64,000 nucleotides of DNA from the human T2T-CHM13v2.0 reference genome, Homo sapiens: the NCBI RefSeq assembly GCF_009914755.1, contig NC_060931.1; one strand, 5' to 3'. The translations under genes were made by a program, and so were the position numbers. Shown piece after piece: positions 31,510-46,589 of this stretch. Below the pieces are notes generated by a model. It did not search any database. It was not told the DNA's origin and saw only the letters and a list, made by a program, of their open reading frames with translations. Each line of letters begins with the position of its first letter. The stretch's first letter is position 1.

Positions 31510-34500
31510 TGAAAATTTTTATTTTCGTAAGTTAATCAGAAAGTAATTTTTTAAATTGTTACTTTTGTTTAAAAGTACATGGGTTCCCATTATTTGTGAT
31601 TTAATCTCGACTATTACTTGAAGTTGACTTGCTGTTCCTTTAGTGATTTCTTGTAAGTCTTTCTTTTATCTTTGGACTTAGCTAAATATGTTATAAGAGA
31701 GAGAAATGATTTAAATATTTGTGCTATATCCTCAAGAGATCAAGGAGAAAAATAAATGCTATTTACCATAGTCATATAATTTAAGAAAGTCCCTGGAAGC
31801 ATATTTTATTTTGTAGACATCCCAAATGATTATTTCTTCCAGTAGGGGAAGGTGATACCATTGGATGTTGATTTATATCTAAGAAAAGTTTTCCTGTACA
31901 ACAACTGCAGTAAAGAAATAGGACTTCCTGAGTTTCTCTTCTCTCCTTATAGCAGTGTCTTATGAAATCTGCAAAACAAGGCTAAATTTACTATCATGTC
32001 TTATGGATGTTATTTGCGTGCACTTATTCATAATTTCCAATTTACATGAATTTTCTCACTGTTGCTAACAGTGGCCTTAAGAATGATCAAAAGATGTCAT
32101 GATCCTAGTAGTCCTAAGGATTTATTTATAAGAACTCAAACCCTACTACTTCAGCCATTCTTGTTCTTTAGCATGCAGAATCTGTACGATGTGTCTGCAG
32201 ATGGACTCAGGTCTCTAAAAATACCTACATATACTGCATTTAAGTTACCTTTTTTACTTTACAGTTTGATAGTGATACATTTAATGGAAGTGAGCATTAT
32301 GCCAGCTTACAGAAACAAAAGAAGAATGAAAAGGCAATCAATCCATACATGCTCGTTGAATTTCTGCTTAAGTAGATGCCTATACAAAGAAGTACAAGAG
32401 TACAAGGCATAATCCATATCATACAAGAGTGTACGGTCTACTTAGAGAAGAAAGATAAATATGTATTCTTATCTTGGTAATAGAGATAATGATAAAATAT
32501 CTTGCAGGGCTTATGAAGATTAAGTGACATGTAATATACTTAGAACACTACCTGGCACATAGAAGGCACTTAATAAATATTAGCCAATAAAAATAACAGT
32601 AATAATGCTGTGTCTTAACAATGAGAAGGATTTGGATAGTTAAGAGAGTTGTAGGGAAGGGAAGAAAGATACATATGCATCTAAATGTTCAAGGTGTATT
32701 CAGGAAAATCGAGTAAAAGTCTACTCCGGCTTAGATAGAAAAATTTTTATGGGGAGGAGTATGAGATAAATTTGAAGAGGTAAAATGGAGCTAAATTGTG
32801 GAAATCCTTCAGTGCCAGAAACTTGACTTTGTAGTAATAAAGACCCATTAATGTGCCCTCATTGTCCATCAGTGACATGAAGAAAAGAGTAAATGTAGCT
32901 GCGTATAAATCCATTTCAAGCTGTCAAAGCCTGAGAAAGACTAGACCAACTTGGGGATTGGAAGTAAGCTAACAATGACTGATGACCATCCATAAGCCAT
33001 GCCTTGTATTTGGTTCTTGCTTCATAGCACCCTGTGAGGTGGCTATTAAATGCCGTTCTATTTATGAGTAAAATGTGGCCTAGGAAGCTTAATTTGCCCA
33101 GGAACACATAGTGAATGAGGTGCAGAGCTAGAGTTTCAAACCAAACATTCCAGGTACATGCCTTTTAAGCCATGCCATGCCAGCGTAGTCATTATTTGGC
33201 CTCTCATGTGTCTGGTACTACTATTCTAGGCTCTGGGAATCTCTCTGTCCTGGGTGCTCATGGTCTGACAAGTCTGTGTAGGGAGGGGATTCAGGCTTGG
33301 ATTGAAGTTTAGGGAAAGCAGAGGCAGTTTACAATAGCCCGCCACTGGAATTCTGATTAGAGGATCAACAAAAAGTAAAAAAAGACTTGCCAAACAGCAG
33401 GAAGACAGGCTGAATTTGCCATCAGCCAGTTCATCACAATTTTATGCTACATAGTGTGGAAGCATGAGGTTAGTGTGGGTGATTCTTCTGTGGGCGTTAG
33501 CAATGATTATAGGATCTATCTCCTTTATAAAGAAAGAACTTTACAAATCAGTAAGAAGCATGTCCAGAAAGAAGTCTAAATCATTAAATGAAACAAAAGT
33601 AACAGTATACTTTTTCTTCTTCTATCAAGTTAACAGGACTTGAAAATAATAGTACTAAATGGTGGCAAGAATGTTAAGAGACAAGTACTTCTTCAGCTGC
33701 TTTTAAGAATGTAAACTGGTATACCATTTCTGAGAGGCACTTTCTCATCATGCATTGGAACTCGTGAAGATGTTTATGCCCTTGGCCCATAGTGTGCAAG
33801 AACTCATCCTAGGAAGACTTTACAGCCAGAGGGTTTTGAAGTCACTCACTCTACCACAGCTTGGTGGTTTTTTCCTTATGCTGCTACTAATTATACTTTA
33901 TCAAACAATTTTTTATTAATCAGAATTTCATTCTAGTTTCTAAAACATGTAATTTAAACCAATCAAACTGCTTAATGATAATGGATGTATAATGTATTCA
34001 GTGTTTGAGTGACCCCAGCTCAATATTTCAACTCAAAGACTTTGAATTGAGGATCTTGAGGATCTCAACTTGAGGATCTCAACTCAAGTCCACGAGGAAG
34101 AACCCTCAAACTAGAGTATTAGTAGGGCATTTGCTGACTTGATTTGCATTAACGATGATTTGCATATGTATTATTCTTAAATATTTATTCTTTCATGTGG
34201 AACTCTAGGTAAAGCATATAGTTTAAGTACCTTTGTATGGTTTGCTCTTAGTTCAAAATGACTGTAACTTAAGGGCAGAAACTGTGTCTTATATTTAAAC
34301 ATCCTTCCTAGTCCTCCCTATACTCCTAAGTTCATATTGTTATTTTTCCCCAAACCTCATTTTAAACAAACAGACAAAACTCTGTTTTCTGTGTGAGTGG
34401 CTGGAGGTATATAGAGTTTAAATGATTCACTGAAAGTTACAGTAACAGATTTTATGCTAGAATCATATTTCTTTTTCCATTTCTTTGAGATTTCACTGGT

Positions 34501-34899
34501 TTCTTGACATTTGCAAGATTTGTATGTGTTCCCAGTTTTCTTTTTGAAGAGCTTGATTCCTACTTGACACTTCTTTGAATATTTTCATCCATATTCTGAA
34601 AGAAACTACAGAATTAGGAAGATTCTCGAGGATTTCAATAGCTTGAACACCTTCTTCCCTTTAGCTTCCTTTAAAAATTCTCCCGTGATCTTGGTGCATC
34701 ATCCTCTTATTTCTCATCAGTCTAGCTTAGTCTTGTCCAGTGGTTCTTTTCCCTCTTTTCTCTTAAATGTGTATACATATGTTTCTCAAGATCTTATCAC
34801 CTGTTCAGGGCATGCACATCTGTATAACTACCACTATTAGGCCTATGGCTTAAATGTTAGTGCTGGTGCAGAGTAGGCAGTCAGAGTAAATATTCATGA

Positions 34900-36130
34900 A
34901 TTGAGTTCATCCATAGCTTTCATCCTGGTTCACTTCTGAGCCCCAAATCTATATTTCCTTATGTGAAACTTTTCCATTTGGATTTCCAGTCCACACTTTA
35001 ATATGCCTAAAAACAGAACTTATTTTTTTCCTCCCCCAAAACTTGCTATTTGCCTGTTCTCCTTTTATTACATAATGACACCACCATTCTCCTGGTCACT
35101 CAGTTTGGAAATCTCTAGAAGCATATTTAATTGATTCTTTTTTTCTCACCCCTATATCTAAGTCATTTGTCAAATCCTACCAGGTCCAGCTGAGTCCCAA
35201 GTCCCACATCCATACTCATACTTACCTTGTCTATAGACTCACCTCTTCAGGCAATTGACACTGCCTCCAGAATTTTAATATTAATAAATACTTATTAAAA
35301 TTAATGTTACTATTAATTGATTAATAGTAACTGATTATCTGTTAATATTAATAAATAACATAAATCACTTTATTCTTTTTTTTTCTGACAAGATCTCCCT
35401 CTGTCGCCCAGGCTGGAGTACAGTGGCTCACTGCAACCTCTGCTTCCCGGGGTCAAGTGATCCTTTCGTAGCGATGGGGTCTCACTATATTGCCCAGGCT
35501 GGTCTCGAACTCCTGGGCTCAAGAGATCCTCCTACCTCAGCCTCCTAAGGTGCTGGAATTACAAGAGCAAGCCATTGCGCCTGGCCCTATTCTCTTCTTC
35601 AAAAACCTGCCCTATTCTTTATTGTCTTCATGTTCTTAAGGTTTTCTAGTCTCAAACTGCATTTCCAGTGTCTTTTCCCTAAATTGCCCAGCATCCAATT
35701 AATTTGTTTATTCAACAAATATTTATCTTGTACCAGATATTTTCTAAATACTACTGATATAGCAGTGGATAAAACAGGCAATGGTCCCTGCCCTTGTGAA
35801 GTTTACACTGTAGTATAAACATTACTTTTCTCACATTTATCAAGTATGTTAGGTACTTTCAGGATTCTGCTTCATGAACTAGGAATGGCAATCCCCACCT
35901 GTATAGATACATATCCCTCAAGGCATTGCTCAACTGCCACATTTTCCAAAAGTTTCCCATATGCCACCTGTCAAAATTAATGACCTCTTCTAAGTTCTAT
36001 TAACACACTATTTTATTTGGCTTTTCAATTATAGTTAGTTATTTTAAAATCTGTCTTCCTTACTAAGATGTCTCTTAGCAGTTTAGACTGTTGTATTAAC
36101 ATTTCTATCTTCTCTGAGGCTTGCTCTTAC
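34900..36130. mobile_element. L2 fragments (both orientations) with nested Alu
   Basis: ctaaaaacagaacttatttttttcctccccc...caccaccattctcctggtcactcag and ttcaacaaatatttatcttgtacc...ccctgcccttgtgaagtttacactgtag. Boundaries are approximate. Confidence 0.55.
35376..35586 (-). mobile_element. AluJ with internal deletions
   Basis: Right arm jumps from gtgatcc to gtagcgatggggtctc, so the central linker is missing. Confidence 0.9.
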
Positions 36131-37233
36131 GTATGAACTGAAATTTCATCCTGAAGTATTGGCTTGTAATTTCTATAAAGCCATATAGTCAAATATCCCT
36201 GATTAACAAGGATACAATATAGCTGAGGCAGACATCTATAATCACTGCATTACACTTTGCACTTCAACATAAAAAAATCCTCAGTTTTTCCTTTGTCTAC
36301 AGGAGAAAATGTGTGGTATTCGTTAAGTTCTCAGTAGCAAGACGTAACTTAACTAAATTGGGAAAGAAGGAAAGGCCTAACTGTATGAAGGTATTTTTTT
36401 TAATCACTATTTCAAATGTCAGCTTGAGATATCATTCATGACAACTACAAATATTTTATGAAAGTTTTAACGTATATAACAAATTTATCTTCAGGAGAGA
36501 AACAGTTTTTTCTGTTTTTAATTCTACTTCATGTGTCTCACCTCTCCCCACAATAAAGCCACAACAAAATGAAATTGCGTATCTCCCACTGAGAAGATTG
36601 TTCTTCCTCATGCCACTTTTTAAAATATAGTTCTAGAGACTTTCAGTAAAGGATCAAATTACTGTATGCCAACAAACTGAAAGTAAAAAAATCAATTTAT
36701 ATTTATACTTTTCTTGCATAATTCCTATCTTTCAGGCACAATACATACAAGTTCTAATACTGCATCTAGAATAAAATTTTCTTAAATATAAGATGATATT
36801 TCCCATTGAATGTAACATTGTTATTAACAGTGCAACAGAGATCAATTTAGCTGCAGTGACCATTGAGTAAGTTTAACCTTCAGATTGATGACTGCTTTCT
36901 TTGGGAAACAAATGGTAATCACAATCTAAAACGATATTATTCTGAGTCCTAAGGTTCACCACTTTGAGCATCTTCAACAAGGACTTAAAATTTACAGGAC
37001 AATTTGTATATATACTGGTTGAGTGAGATCAGGCAGGAAATATTACCCCTGTTTAACAGGAAATGCAAGGTCAAGGACAGTAAGAAACATGCACACAACC
37101 GTGGTTATATACAGTGTTAAATAGAAAGGGAAGCAATTCAAACTCCTAAATTTCCAACCCCAATCACCATTCTCTTTCTAATTGCACCAGGATACTTTAT
37201 CACATTTGATCTTTCTTTCTGAGCAAATAGGCC

Positions 37234-37534
37234 TTTTTTTTTTTTTTTTTGAGACAGAGTGTCAGTCTGTCACCCAGGCTGGAGTGCTGTGGCACAATCT
37301 TGGCTCACTGCAACCCCACCTCCCAGATTCAAGCAATTCTCATGCCTCAGCCTCCCGAGGAGTAGCTGGGATCACAGGTGTATGCCACCACACCCAGCTA
37401 ATTTTTATATTTTTAGTAGAGACAGGGTTTAACCATGTTGGCCAGGCTGATCTCAAACTCCTGACCTCAAGTGATCCACCTGCCTTGGCCTCCCAAAGTG
37501 CTGGGATTACAGGTGTGAGCCACTGTGTCCAGCC
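37234..37534 (-). mobile_element. AluS (Sx/Sz-like)
   Basis: Full dimer. Confidence 0.95.
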
Positions 37535-39393
37535 AAATGTGACATTTTCTAAATTGACATTTGTTAGAATTAATGAAAATGGCTGAACAGGACATAAATA
37601 TGTATGTAAATAAATAATAATATTCTGTTTTCATTGTAAATAATTTTTTAAAGAAAATCTGATTTCCTATTATCTTAGTTCAGTAGTAGATAGGAATTTC
37701 TTATTCCTTTGGGCCTAAGCTTCTTGTATTTTCTTTTAAAACTGTACCTGACCTTGAGTTTATACAGGAAAATACTTCTTCAGGCTGGTAATCCTATACC
37801 GAGTCATGCCATGCTGATAGCTTTCTTTTTCCTTTTTCTTCTAAAAGATGGGTATTTTGCAATCTCCCATGCCCACCTATTGAATTTTTTAAAGTCCTTC
37901 TCTTCCTACCTAAGCTAAATTCTCTTGTACCTTTAATATAAATAGGAATTTAGCTTTTCTAGTTTCTTGTGTGTTTAACTCCTGCATTTACATTTTATTT
38001 TGTACGTCTACCTTTTTTCATTGTGCTGATATTTTCCATGTGAATGTTTAAATTCGTCTCATTTTTTTATCTCCTAGTTTATTTTTTTTGGATATTCTGT
38101 CCTGTTTTGAAGACACTCTTAAAAAGCTATCTCAGTGAGACTCAAAAGTAGAAGAAAAATACTATATTTCTATCCTGTATAGCAAGCAGATGGCTGTTGC
38201 CTTTATCATTGCAGTTTCAGAAACGGTGGGAGGTACTGATATCTTTCAAGAAGGTGAAATACTAGTCAGATCAACTCTCATGGATTTGGGGGTGTATATC
38301 ATCATCCAGTTAAGAAATGTATCTCTGTTTTTTATGTTTCACTATCTTATTTTAGTCATTGATATGGATGGCTTTTCCTTGTTTATTTAAGATTCTAATG
38401 TCACAAGGTTAACTTTCTATCATCTCTCATAAAATGCTGAGAAAGGTGGATTTTATTGATTGTTTTTAAAGAAACTGTATTTTGCCATTAATAGTTTTTG
38501 TTTTAGTACAGTTATCCCTGCCTTATACATGCAGAGCTGTGTGTTTAAGTATATTAAGTATTATTTAGTATATTATTTGAGTATATTGCTAACATAAATT
38601 CAAATGCTCTAGTGATCAGACTCTGGCAAACAGATCAGTCATTCCCAATGCTGTTCAGTGACCCTTTTGACACTTAAAAGAGAATTTTGGGGGTGGGGAA
38701 AAGTAGCTTTTTATTTGACCCCTGGTGTGAGGGCTTCCAAAATATTTAACTCAGTTATAGGCAGATTCCATTCTGAAAGTTGTTGAAGCTATACATCATT
38801 ATCTGTACAAATAATTTATTCATGTTTCCATTTTACTTTATTAACCAAACTTTTAATCCTTAAGTTAGTGGAAATTTACTGAACTTTTTATACTTTTAAT
38901 TTCCTCATATTGAAAGTTACATCAGATAGAATAAAGGATGTGATAGAAAAAAATAATTTCACCATAATACTGAATGGGATTAAAATGAAAATACCGTCTT
39001 ACTGTCAGAAAAGATAAGAAATGGCAGACAGAACAAGAGGAGTTGGTGTTATGTCTTTAGCCAGCCTCACTTTGAAACAATTTGAAAACTCTTTCAGTAA
39101 CTTAGACATTGTTCACTTATTCACATCATGTAACTAGTAATTAAAATTATCCAATACTTTCAAATTTATTTAGAATAAAAATTCAGACTTTTTACCAAGA
39201 TCTCAAAGGATCTGGCACATGCCTCTCTGAGCCACTCTCCCACGTCTCTCTCACCCACTTTCTCCTGTGCTTACTGTACTCCAGCTACACTGGCTATGTC
39301 TGTGTTCCTCAAACACACCAAGCTGTTTCCAGCTTTAAGGACTTCGCACTTGCTGTTTGCTGTGCTTGGAATGCTCTTCTCTAGAATCTCATG

Positions 39394-39528
39394 AGCTGGG
39401 CCCAGTGGCTCATGCCTGTAATCCCAGCACTTTGGGAGGCTGAGGCGAGAGAATCGCTTGAACTCAGGAGACCAGGCTCGGTAACAAAGCAAGACTCCAT
39501 TCCTTAAAAATAATAATAATAATAATAA
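39394..39528 (+). mobile_element. Alu monomer (FLAM-like) with (AAT)n tail, in an L2 remnant
   Basis: Single ~115-bp monomer; TSD-like ctcatg. Confidence 0.85.
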
Positions 39529-40490
39529 GCTCATGGCTTTTTTTGAAGGGGAAGGGAAGAGTTTTTGGGGAAGATGAGCCTCTGGAATGGTACTACAGGC
39601 AAATGAATGCTTTGGAAGTGCTTTGGGAAGCTAAAGACATGTAGAGTAATTCATATAGCTGAAATGATTTAGGAAAAATTGCCTTCTGTGGAGGATTAAC
39701 TTTAGCTATCAGCTACAGTGTTTTGGAAAGTAGATACTCAAAAGTTATACTGATTGTTTAATTTGTTGGAAATTCCTTTCTCGGGGGTAGGAAAGATTTA
39801 AACCTATTCTGCATTTGAGGTTATGACCAAATAGAAGTCATAGACTACAGTGCCCAATGTAATACTAAACTTTTAATGAGCCTTTAGGAAGTTTTTACTG
39901 AATAAATTTGTTTTAACTGATTGAAGTATCCAAGTCAACTGTTTTCACCAAAAAACAAACCAAAAGACCTTCTTTCCTTTATATTTTAAATGTATTTACT
40001 CTGATGGAATATAGGGACTAGATAGCAAAGAAGCATCTCTGGTCCCTCTTTTTAATTACCGATGACTGATATACCACTCTCCATGCCTTGATGTCAGTTC
40101 CTCAAAGGAATGCTGGTCCAGTGTCTCCAGTGCTTATACTAACAGACTCTGAGTGCTCACACTGTTCAAGAGAAGAGGCTCATCAGCATTCCGTATGTAT
40201 TAGGGAGCTCTGCCATTTAACCTGCAGTCTGGGTTCTGGTATTATAAATAAGTCACTTCAAAAGAAAGCTAGTACTTTGTGATACCTTTGTATCAACAGG
40301 ACAGACCTTTTTCTGCATCTGATTAATGAGAATTTTAATTTTTGTTACTTTCAAGTTTCCATTTTCTTGACCACGTACTATTTATTTTCTATCCTGAACT
40401 TTAATTAATGGCTGAAAACTTTAATCCTAAATTCTAAACTGTTTTAGAACTGCTTGCTCTTTAAGGTTTTCTCTCCTCTGAGATTTCTGA

Positions 40491-40797
<307 letters not shown>

Positions 40798-41692
40798 TGA
40801 TGTTCATGTTTTTATCCCTTTTCTAGAGAGGCTCTTTTATAATCCCAGCATGTCAGCAAAAAGGGAATGCATTTTAGATCTTTACTGGTCCCTAAACATA
40901 TTTGGGGAGCACAGTGACCAAGGGGTGGTACTGTAGGTCTCCTCATCTACCTTCTTTTCCAGCCACCTTTCTATCAGGTTGTTTCCAGACCTGACCTATC
41001 CTGTCTTTTAAAAGAAAAGGCCTCCATTTTCATAAATTTTAAGTATTTTAAATATTTAATTTTTTAATATTTAAATCTTTTAACACCAAATACATGCCTA
41101 TAACTTTATTTTGAATGTTCTAAGGCAAGTGCATTGCAGAACTTGCTTGGCAAACTGCAGGTTAGGTTCTCTCAGGCCTGTCCTTACATCCAGCTCTTAC
41201 ACCCCAGAACACTAATACACACTCAGATACCGTTGAGAAGAAAAACTCAGGAATAATTATATTATTTCTCAACATTTTTTACTCCATCCCCAGCAGTAGC
41301 CAACATCTACTTTGCAGTGCAGGATTTGGGTCCTTCTCCCAGCAGCTTATGGCCTTTGCTTTGTGTGCTAAAGAATGGTCCCCAGAAGCAAGCTGGGGTT
41401 CGTGCCTGTTCACCATCAAAGGGCTTTTGTTCATGTCTCTTTGCCCTATTCCTAGTCTTTCTCCTGAGAACTTGGAGGAAGCCCATGGGGGGAGTTGGAC
41501 CCCTTGTGTCTAGGACTCTCAGGGATTTTGCCTTTAAGAATTATTTAAAATACAAACTTTTGTCTTCCTGCTTGCCTTTTCCTCCCATGCTCTGTGTTCG
41601 TGTCTCTCTTCAGAGAGGCTAACCACCTTTTAGAATTCAGTTTGTCTAGTTGCCTTGTGACTTCAGCTCTTTGGACTCAAAATAAGTTATGA

Positions 41693-41960
<268 letters not shown>

Positions 41961-42517
41961 TTGAATTTTTTTGATTATTCAGCTTTTTCTCATTGATAGG
42001 ATGTTCTCTTGTATCTATCTCCTAAGCAGAAATTGAACTCCTCCTCCCCCTGCTTGATTTTAATTAGTATCTTAGTGGTTAAGTGCTACTTTTGGCTAAG
42101 GTAGATGCTTTTTTTTCCATTTTATAGAGTTCTAAAAGATAAATACATACATACATATGTATTTAGTATGTATACATATGTCCAAATACATATATATGTA
42201 TTTGTCTACTAAATGAGGTCTAGCTTCAAGAGACTATTGACCCTGTCAACTAGTTGTCATAAATTCTAAAACCTGTTACTATGGCTTGGTGTTTGATCTT
42301 GGTGTTGACTTACCTATCAATTATTGTATCAATAAATTGCTATATTTGGTTATCTTCATATCCATTTTGCCAGAAGTTTGTCTTTGGAGTATATGCGAGC
42401 AAATTATGTCACTCACTGCCAGATGTTCTTTGGATAGTTTTCTGATACCCACCCAATAAGGGCTTGGCGTCTGCTAACACTTTACTTAAAATTTAATCTG
42501 TTAAAAATTGTGACCAT

Positions 42518-42868
<351 letters not shown>

Positions 42869-42983
42869 TTAGGAGGGCGGATGAGGATTAGTGGACTCTG
42901 GTCTAGTGTGTGGCTATTCTCTTCAGTCATTTTTGAGTAACAATTAAATGACTTTTCATGCAAGTTCTAGTCTGTGCTTAGGA

Positions 42984-43460
42984 TGTAGAAGAGGAAAGAT
43001 GTTTTCCCTCACTCACCTCTAGTTTCATGGCTGAGACCTGTAAAACAAAAGACAGATTAACAAAGGAAAAGCATACAAATGTATTTAGTATGTTTTACTT
43101 GACTCAAGAGCCTTCATAAGGAAATGAAGACCCAAAGAAATGGACACCTGTGCATTTTTCTGCTAAATTTGATGAAGAAATGGATAGTTGTGGGGAAGTA
43201 TGATTAGACAAGGGGGATATGATCTGGTAAAAAACTGGAGAGGACTTAGCAATATCTATTTGTTCAGATTCTTCTGTTTATCTTTGTGTCTTCAGAGATA
43301 AGGATGTTCCTTTCCCCCAGGTATAAGAGAGGGTACCTTTTGAATGAAGGCTTTACGATCTACTTTAGGGGGAAAGGGGAAGGAGGAGGTAAAAGTGAGC
43401 TTCCTGCTTCTGCTCTTCCAAGGTGCCATATTTTGGGGTGGCATGTTCTGAACCCCATCG
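42984..43460 (-). mobile_element. MER34-family ERV1 solo LTR
   Basis: Reverse complement starts gatggggttcagaacatgccaccccaaaatatggcacc, typical of MER34/MER39 LTRs. Confidence 0.7.
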
Positions 43461-43658
43461 CTGACTATGCAGTTTTTACAAGAGTCAACCCAAATGTCTC
43501 CTCCTGATGATCTCCTGAAGCCTGTGCCTCTGTATCCATGTGAGAGTCTATAAAAGCAACATTCCAGATACTGACTGGAAGAAAGACAGATTCAAGATTA
43601 TAACCAACGAATACTTACAAAAACTGTGTTCAGGGAAGATTGTTTGAGGAAGACTGGA

Positions 43659-43724
43659 GACTGATTGTTTAAGACTATATAGAAAAATTTCATAATTTCC
43701 CTATATAGTCTTAAACAATCAGTC
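43659..43724. repeat. Perfect 24-bp inverted repeat (hairpin)
   Basis: gactgattgtttaagactatatag - 18 nt - ctatatagtcttaaacaatcagtc. Confidence 0.97.
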
Positions 43725-43919
43725 AGGAGACAAGAAGTATCTGTACTGCATCATGACAATCCATACCCCACCCCTCTGTACCGTTTTCACTGAGTTTGAG
43801 GGTGTGCTTTGGGATGAGGGTTAGCTTTTTTTAAGGCTTGATATTGGAAACAGCCCTATGTTGTTTTTTCTATTAATCCTAAGTATATTGTCCATGATGC
43901 ATATACTTATTATATACCC

Positions 43920-44665
43920 ACAATGACTCTGACACCAGTTACCTAGACAGGCCAAACTTCACAGGTTAAGGGCACAGCCCTCCACAGACTATCCTCACTT
44001 CAAACACCAGCCACAAATTGGGGGTTCCTCAGGATACTTTGGCTTCTCACCATCTGGCTACAAATTCAAGAGTTCCCACTACTCTCTCAGGTTCAGTAGT
44101 TTGCTATAATGACTCACAGAACTCAGAAAAGCACTATACTTGTGATTACAGTGCAGTCATAGCAATAGGATACAAATCAGAACAAGTCAAACAGAGAGAC
44201 GCATAGGATGAGATCTGGGAGATTCCCAAATACAAAGCTGCCATCGTTCCTAAGGATGCATTGTTCTCCTGGCACATCAGTATGTAACCATACCCAGACT
44301 AATCCCTACCAAGAAAGTTTACTGGAGCTTTGGTGTCCAGAGTTTTTATTGTGGCTTCATTGAGTAGGTATAATTGATTAAGTCATTGGTCACATGGTTG
44401 AGCTTGATCTCCAGCTCCCCTCCCTTCCCAGGAGATGAGGCTCATCTTATGTGGCTCAGAGCCCCAACCCACTAATCACATTGTTGGTCTTTTCTGGCAT
44501 GGCCAGTTCCCATCCTGAGTCATGTCATTTATATAAACTATCAGGTGTGGTCAAAGGGCCCACCATGAATAACACAGACCCTCCAGTCACTCAGGAAATT
44601 CTCAGGGTTAATAAGTTATCTCCTAGGAACAGACAACAAGGGCCATCCGAATTCTCCACACAAAC
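43920..44665 (-). mobile_element. MER21-family solo LTR
   Basis: ggttaagggcacag...cacttcaaacaccagccacaa...ctcacagaactcagaaaagcactatacttgtgattacag. Confidence 0.8.
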
Positions 44666-44738
44666 CCTTTACCTGGTGTGTTTCCCTTGTCTGCCAAAGC
44701 TGAGAGCCACATTTAGGGCCTACCTTTAGGTTAGGTTT

Positions 44739-44775
44739 GAGAGAGAGAGAGAGAGAGAGAGAGTGTGTGTGTGTG
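44739..44775. repeat. (GA)n(GT)n compound microsatellite
   Basis: Seen directly in the sequence. Confidence 0.92.
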
Positions 44776-45977
44776 TATGTATTTTATTTTTTATTTGCAA
44801 TGTAGGTGCCACCCTACTTTTTTCTTTCTTCTTTTACTCCCATTTCTATGCTACATTGTTCTGTAGCAGCTTGAAACATTTATTAGAACAAAGTGGAGGT
44901 ATAAGTGAAATAATCCCAGATACCTCAGAGTTAATCCATGGTTCTTAAAATAAAAAGCAGGAGAAATAGGAAATTCTGCTGCCTTTCTGTGGAGACTTTG
45001 GGCCACTGCTATAATTTTCATGAGGAGATTTGTTGTGTTCTATATTGGAGGAGTGCCACTGGACTCCTAGGCTGAGAATGCCTAGCTGGTTCTGCCATGC
45101 TGCTGCCTTTAAGCTGGTTTGGGAAGGAACCTGAGGAGTGTGCCTTTTTCTCTCATAGCCACTCATATATCCATTTAGCCAAGAAACTCTATTGTAAATC
45201 TATTACTTGTCAGTATCCATAAAATGTTTTTGATAGCCATAGCTAATAACATCCATCTTGGTTTTACTTTCGTCTGTTAATCCAGGTTATTTCCATTGGA
45301 TTTGTCCCTTTAAGCATCAGTTTTTTACTTTCCTGTGTATAAATTCTTACCTAAATAAACATTTTTTAAATTGCTCTTTCATAAATTGACTGGTTTTTAT
45401 AATTTTCAACCTAACTCACATTTTCATTTTCTACCTATGTGTCAATCCCCTATGACTATGTTGAGTGCCATCTGCTATATCTGCTGTTTTATTAATTTTT
45501 TCTCTGCTTTTAGCTTATGAATAAAGATGAAAGACTAGGCATTGACCCCTTTGCTGTCACACTTGACATTTTACACTAATTAGAAAAACATATATAGCTT
45601 ATTATTATGACTCTGCCTAACACATAAGTTGATCTTATATTCTTACAACTATGGTTTTATCTAAGTGTATTTGTAATGAAAATATTAACTGATTTTTATC
45701 AGCTTCTTTGAGAGGCTCAAATGTATAATGTCTGAGCCATGCTCTTCATCTCCCTATTCCTAGTATATAGCCAAGAATAAACTTAAATGAATAAAACCTG
45801 ATATATAGCCCAGCATGAATTTTTTTTTAGAAAACATAAATCCACAAAGTAGATGGGCACATCTTCGATTTGCACATCTTTGTGGTGCTTTTTATGGAGT
45901 GTCTCCTAATTTTTTTTATTCATAAGTGACTTCAAACATATGCCACAGCTAATTCTATCTGATGCTAAGCTTTATGA

Positions 45978-46067
45978 AGGAAAGAAAGAGTAAGGGAAAG
46001 AAAAAAAAAGAGGGAGAAAAGGAGGAAGGGAAGAAGGAGAGGAGAGAAGAAAATAGAAAAGAAAAAA
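45978..46067. repeat. GA-rich polypurine low-complexity tract
   Basis: ~90 bp almost entirely of A/G. Confidence 0.85.
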
Positions 46068-46589
46068 TACTTTTCTTCATTGTGCAAGTAGCTTCTACTC
46101 AGTTTTCTCCCTGATCAGCAATTGTCAGTATGTTTACCACAGAAGAAGGATGCACAGAATTTAAAACTGTTTTGTTTTCTCACATCCTATCAAGGTAACA
46201 GCAATAGGAATAAAGGTGCTAGGGCATAGTGATATATGACTGTCTTCTACCTAGACTCCTATTAACTACTGGAGGTTTTGAAGAAATAGAAGCCATGGGA
46301 AACACAGCAACTCCATTCAACAGTTATTGTGCACCCTGTCTATAATGCCCAGGGGAGATTACAAAGATGAATAAAACATTTCTGCCTTCAGTGGGCTTAT
46401 TATCTGGTAGACTACATTTTGAGTTGATTACATAGAGATGATAACATTAACAACGTTTTCCTATCAGTCATTCATATACTTTGGAAGACTATTAGTTTGG
46501 AAAAAAAAATTTTTTCTATGCATCAGAGCTTGAGTCCTAGGCAGATGAATTATTTTGTAATTTAAGATTTAGACGTAGAATACCTCACA

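Noticed and set aside
34043-34090. ttgaggatc(tcaac) triple micro-repeat
   Set aside because: Ordinary slippage duplication, too short to imply function.
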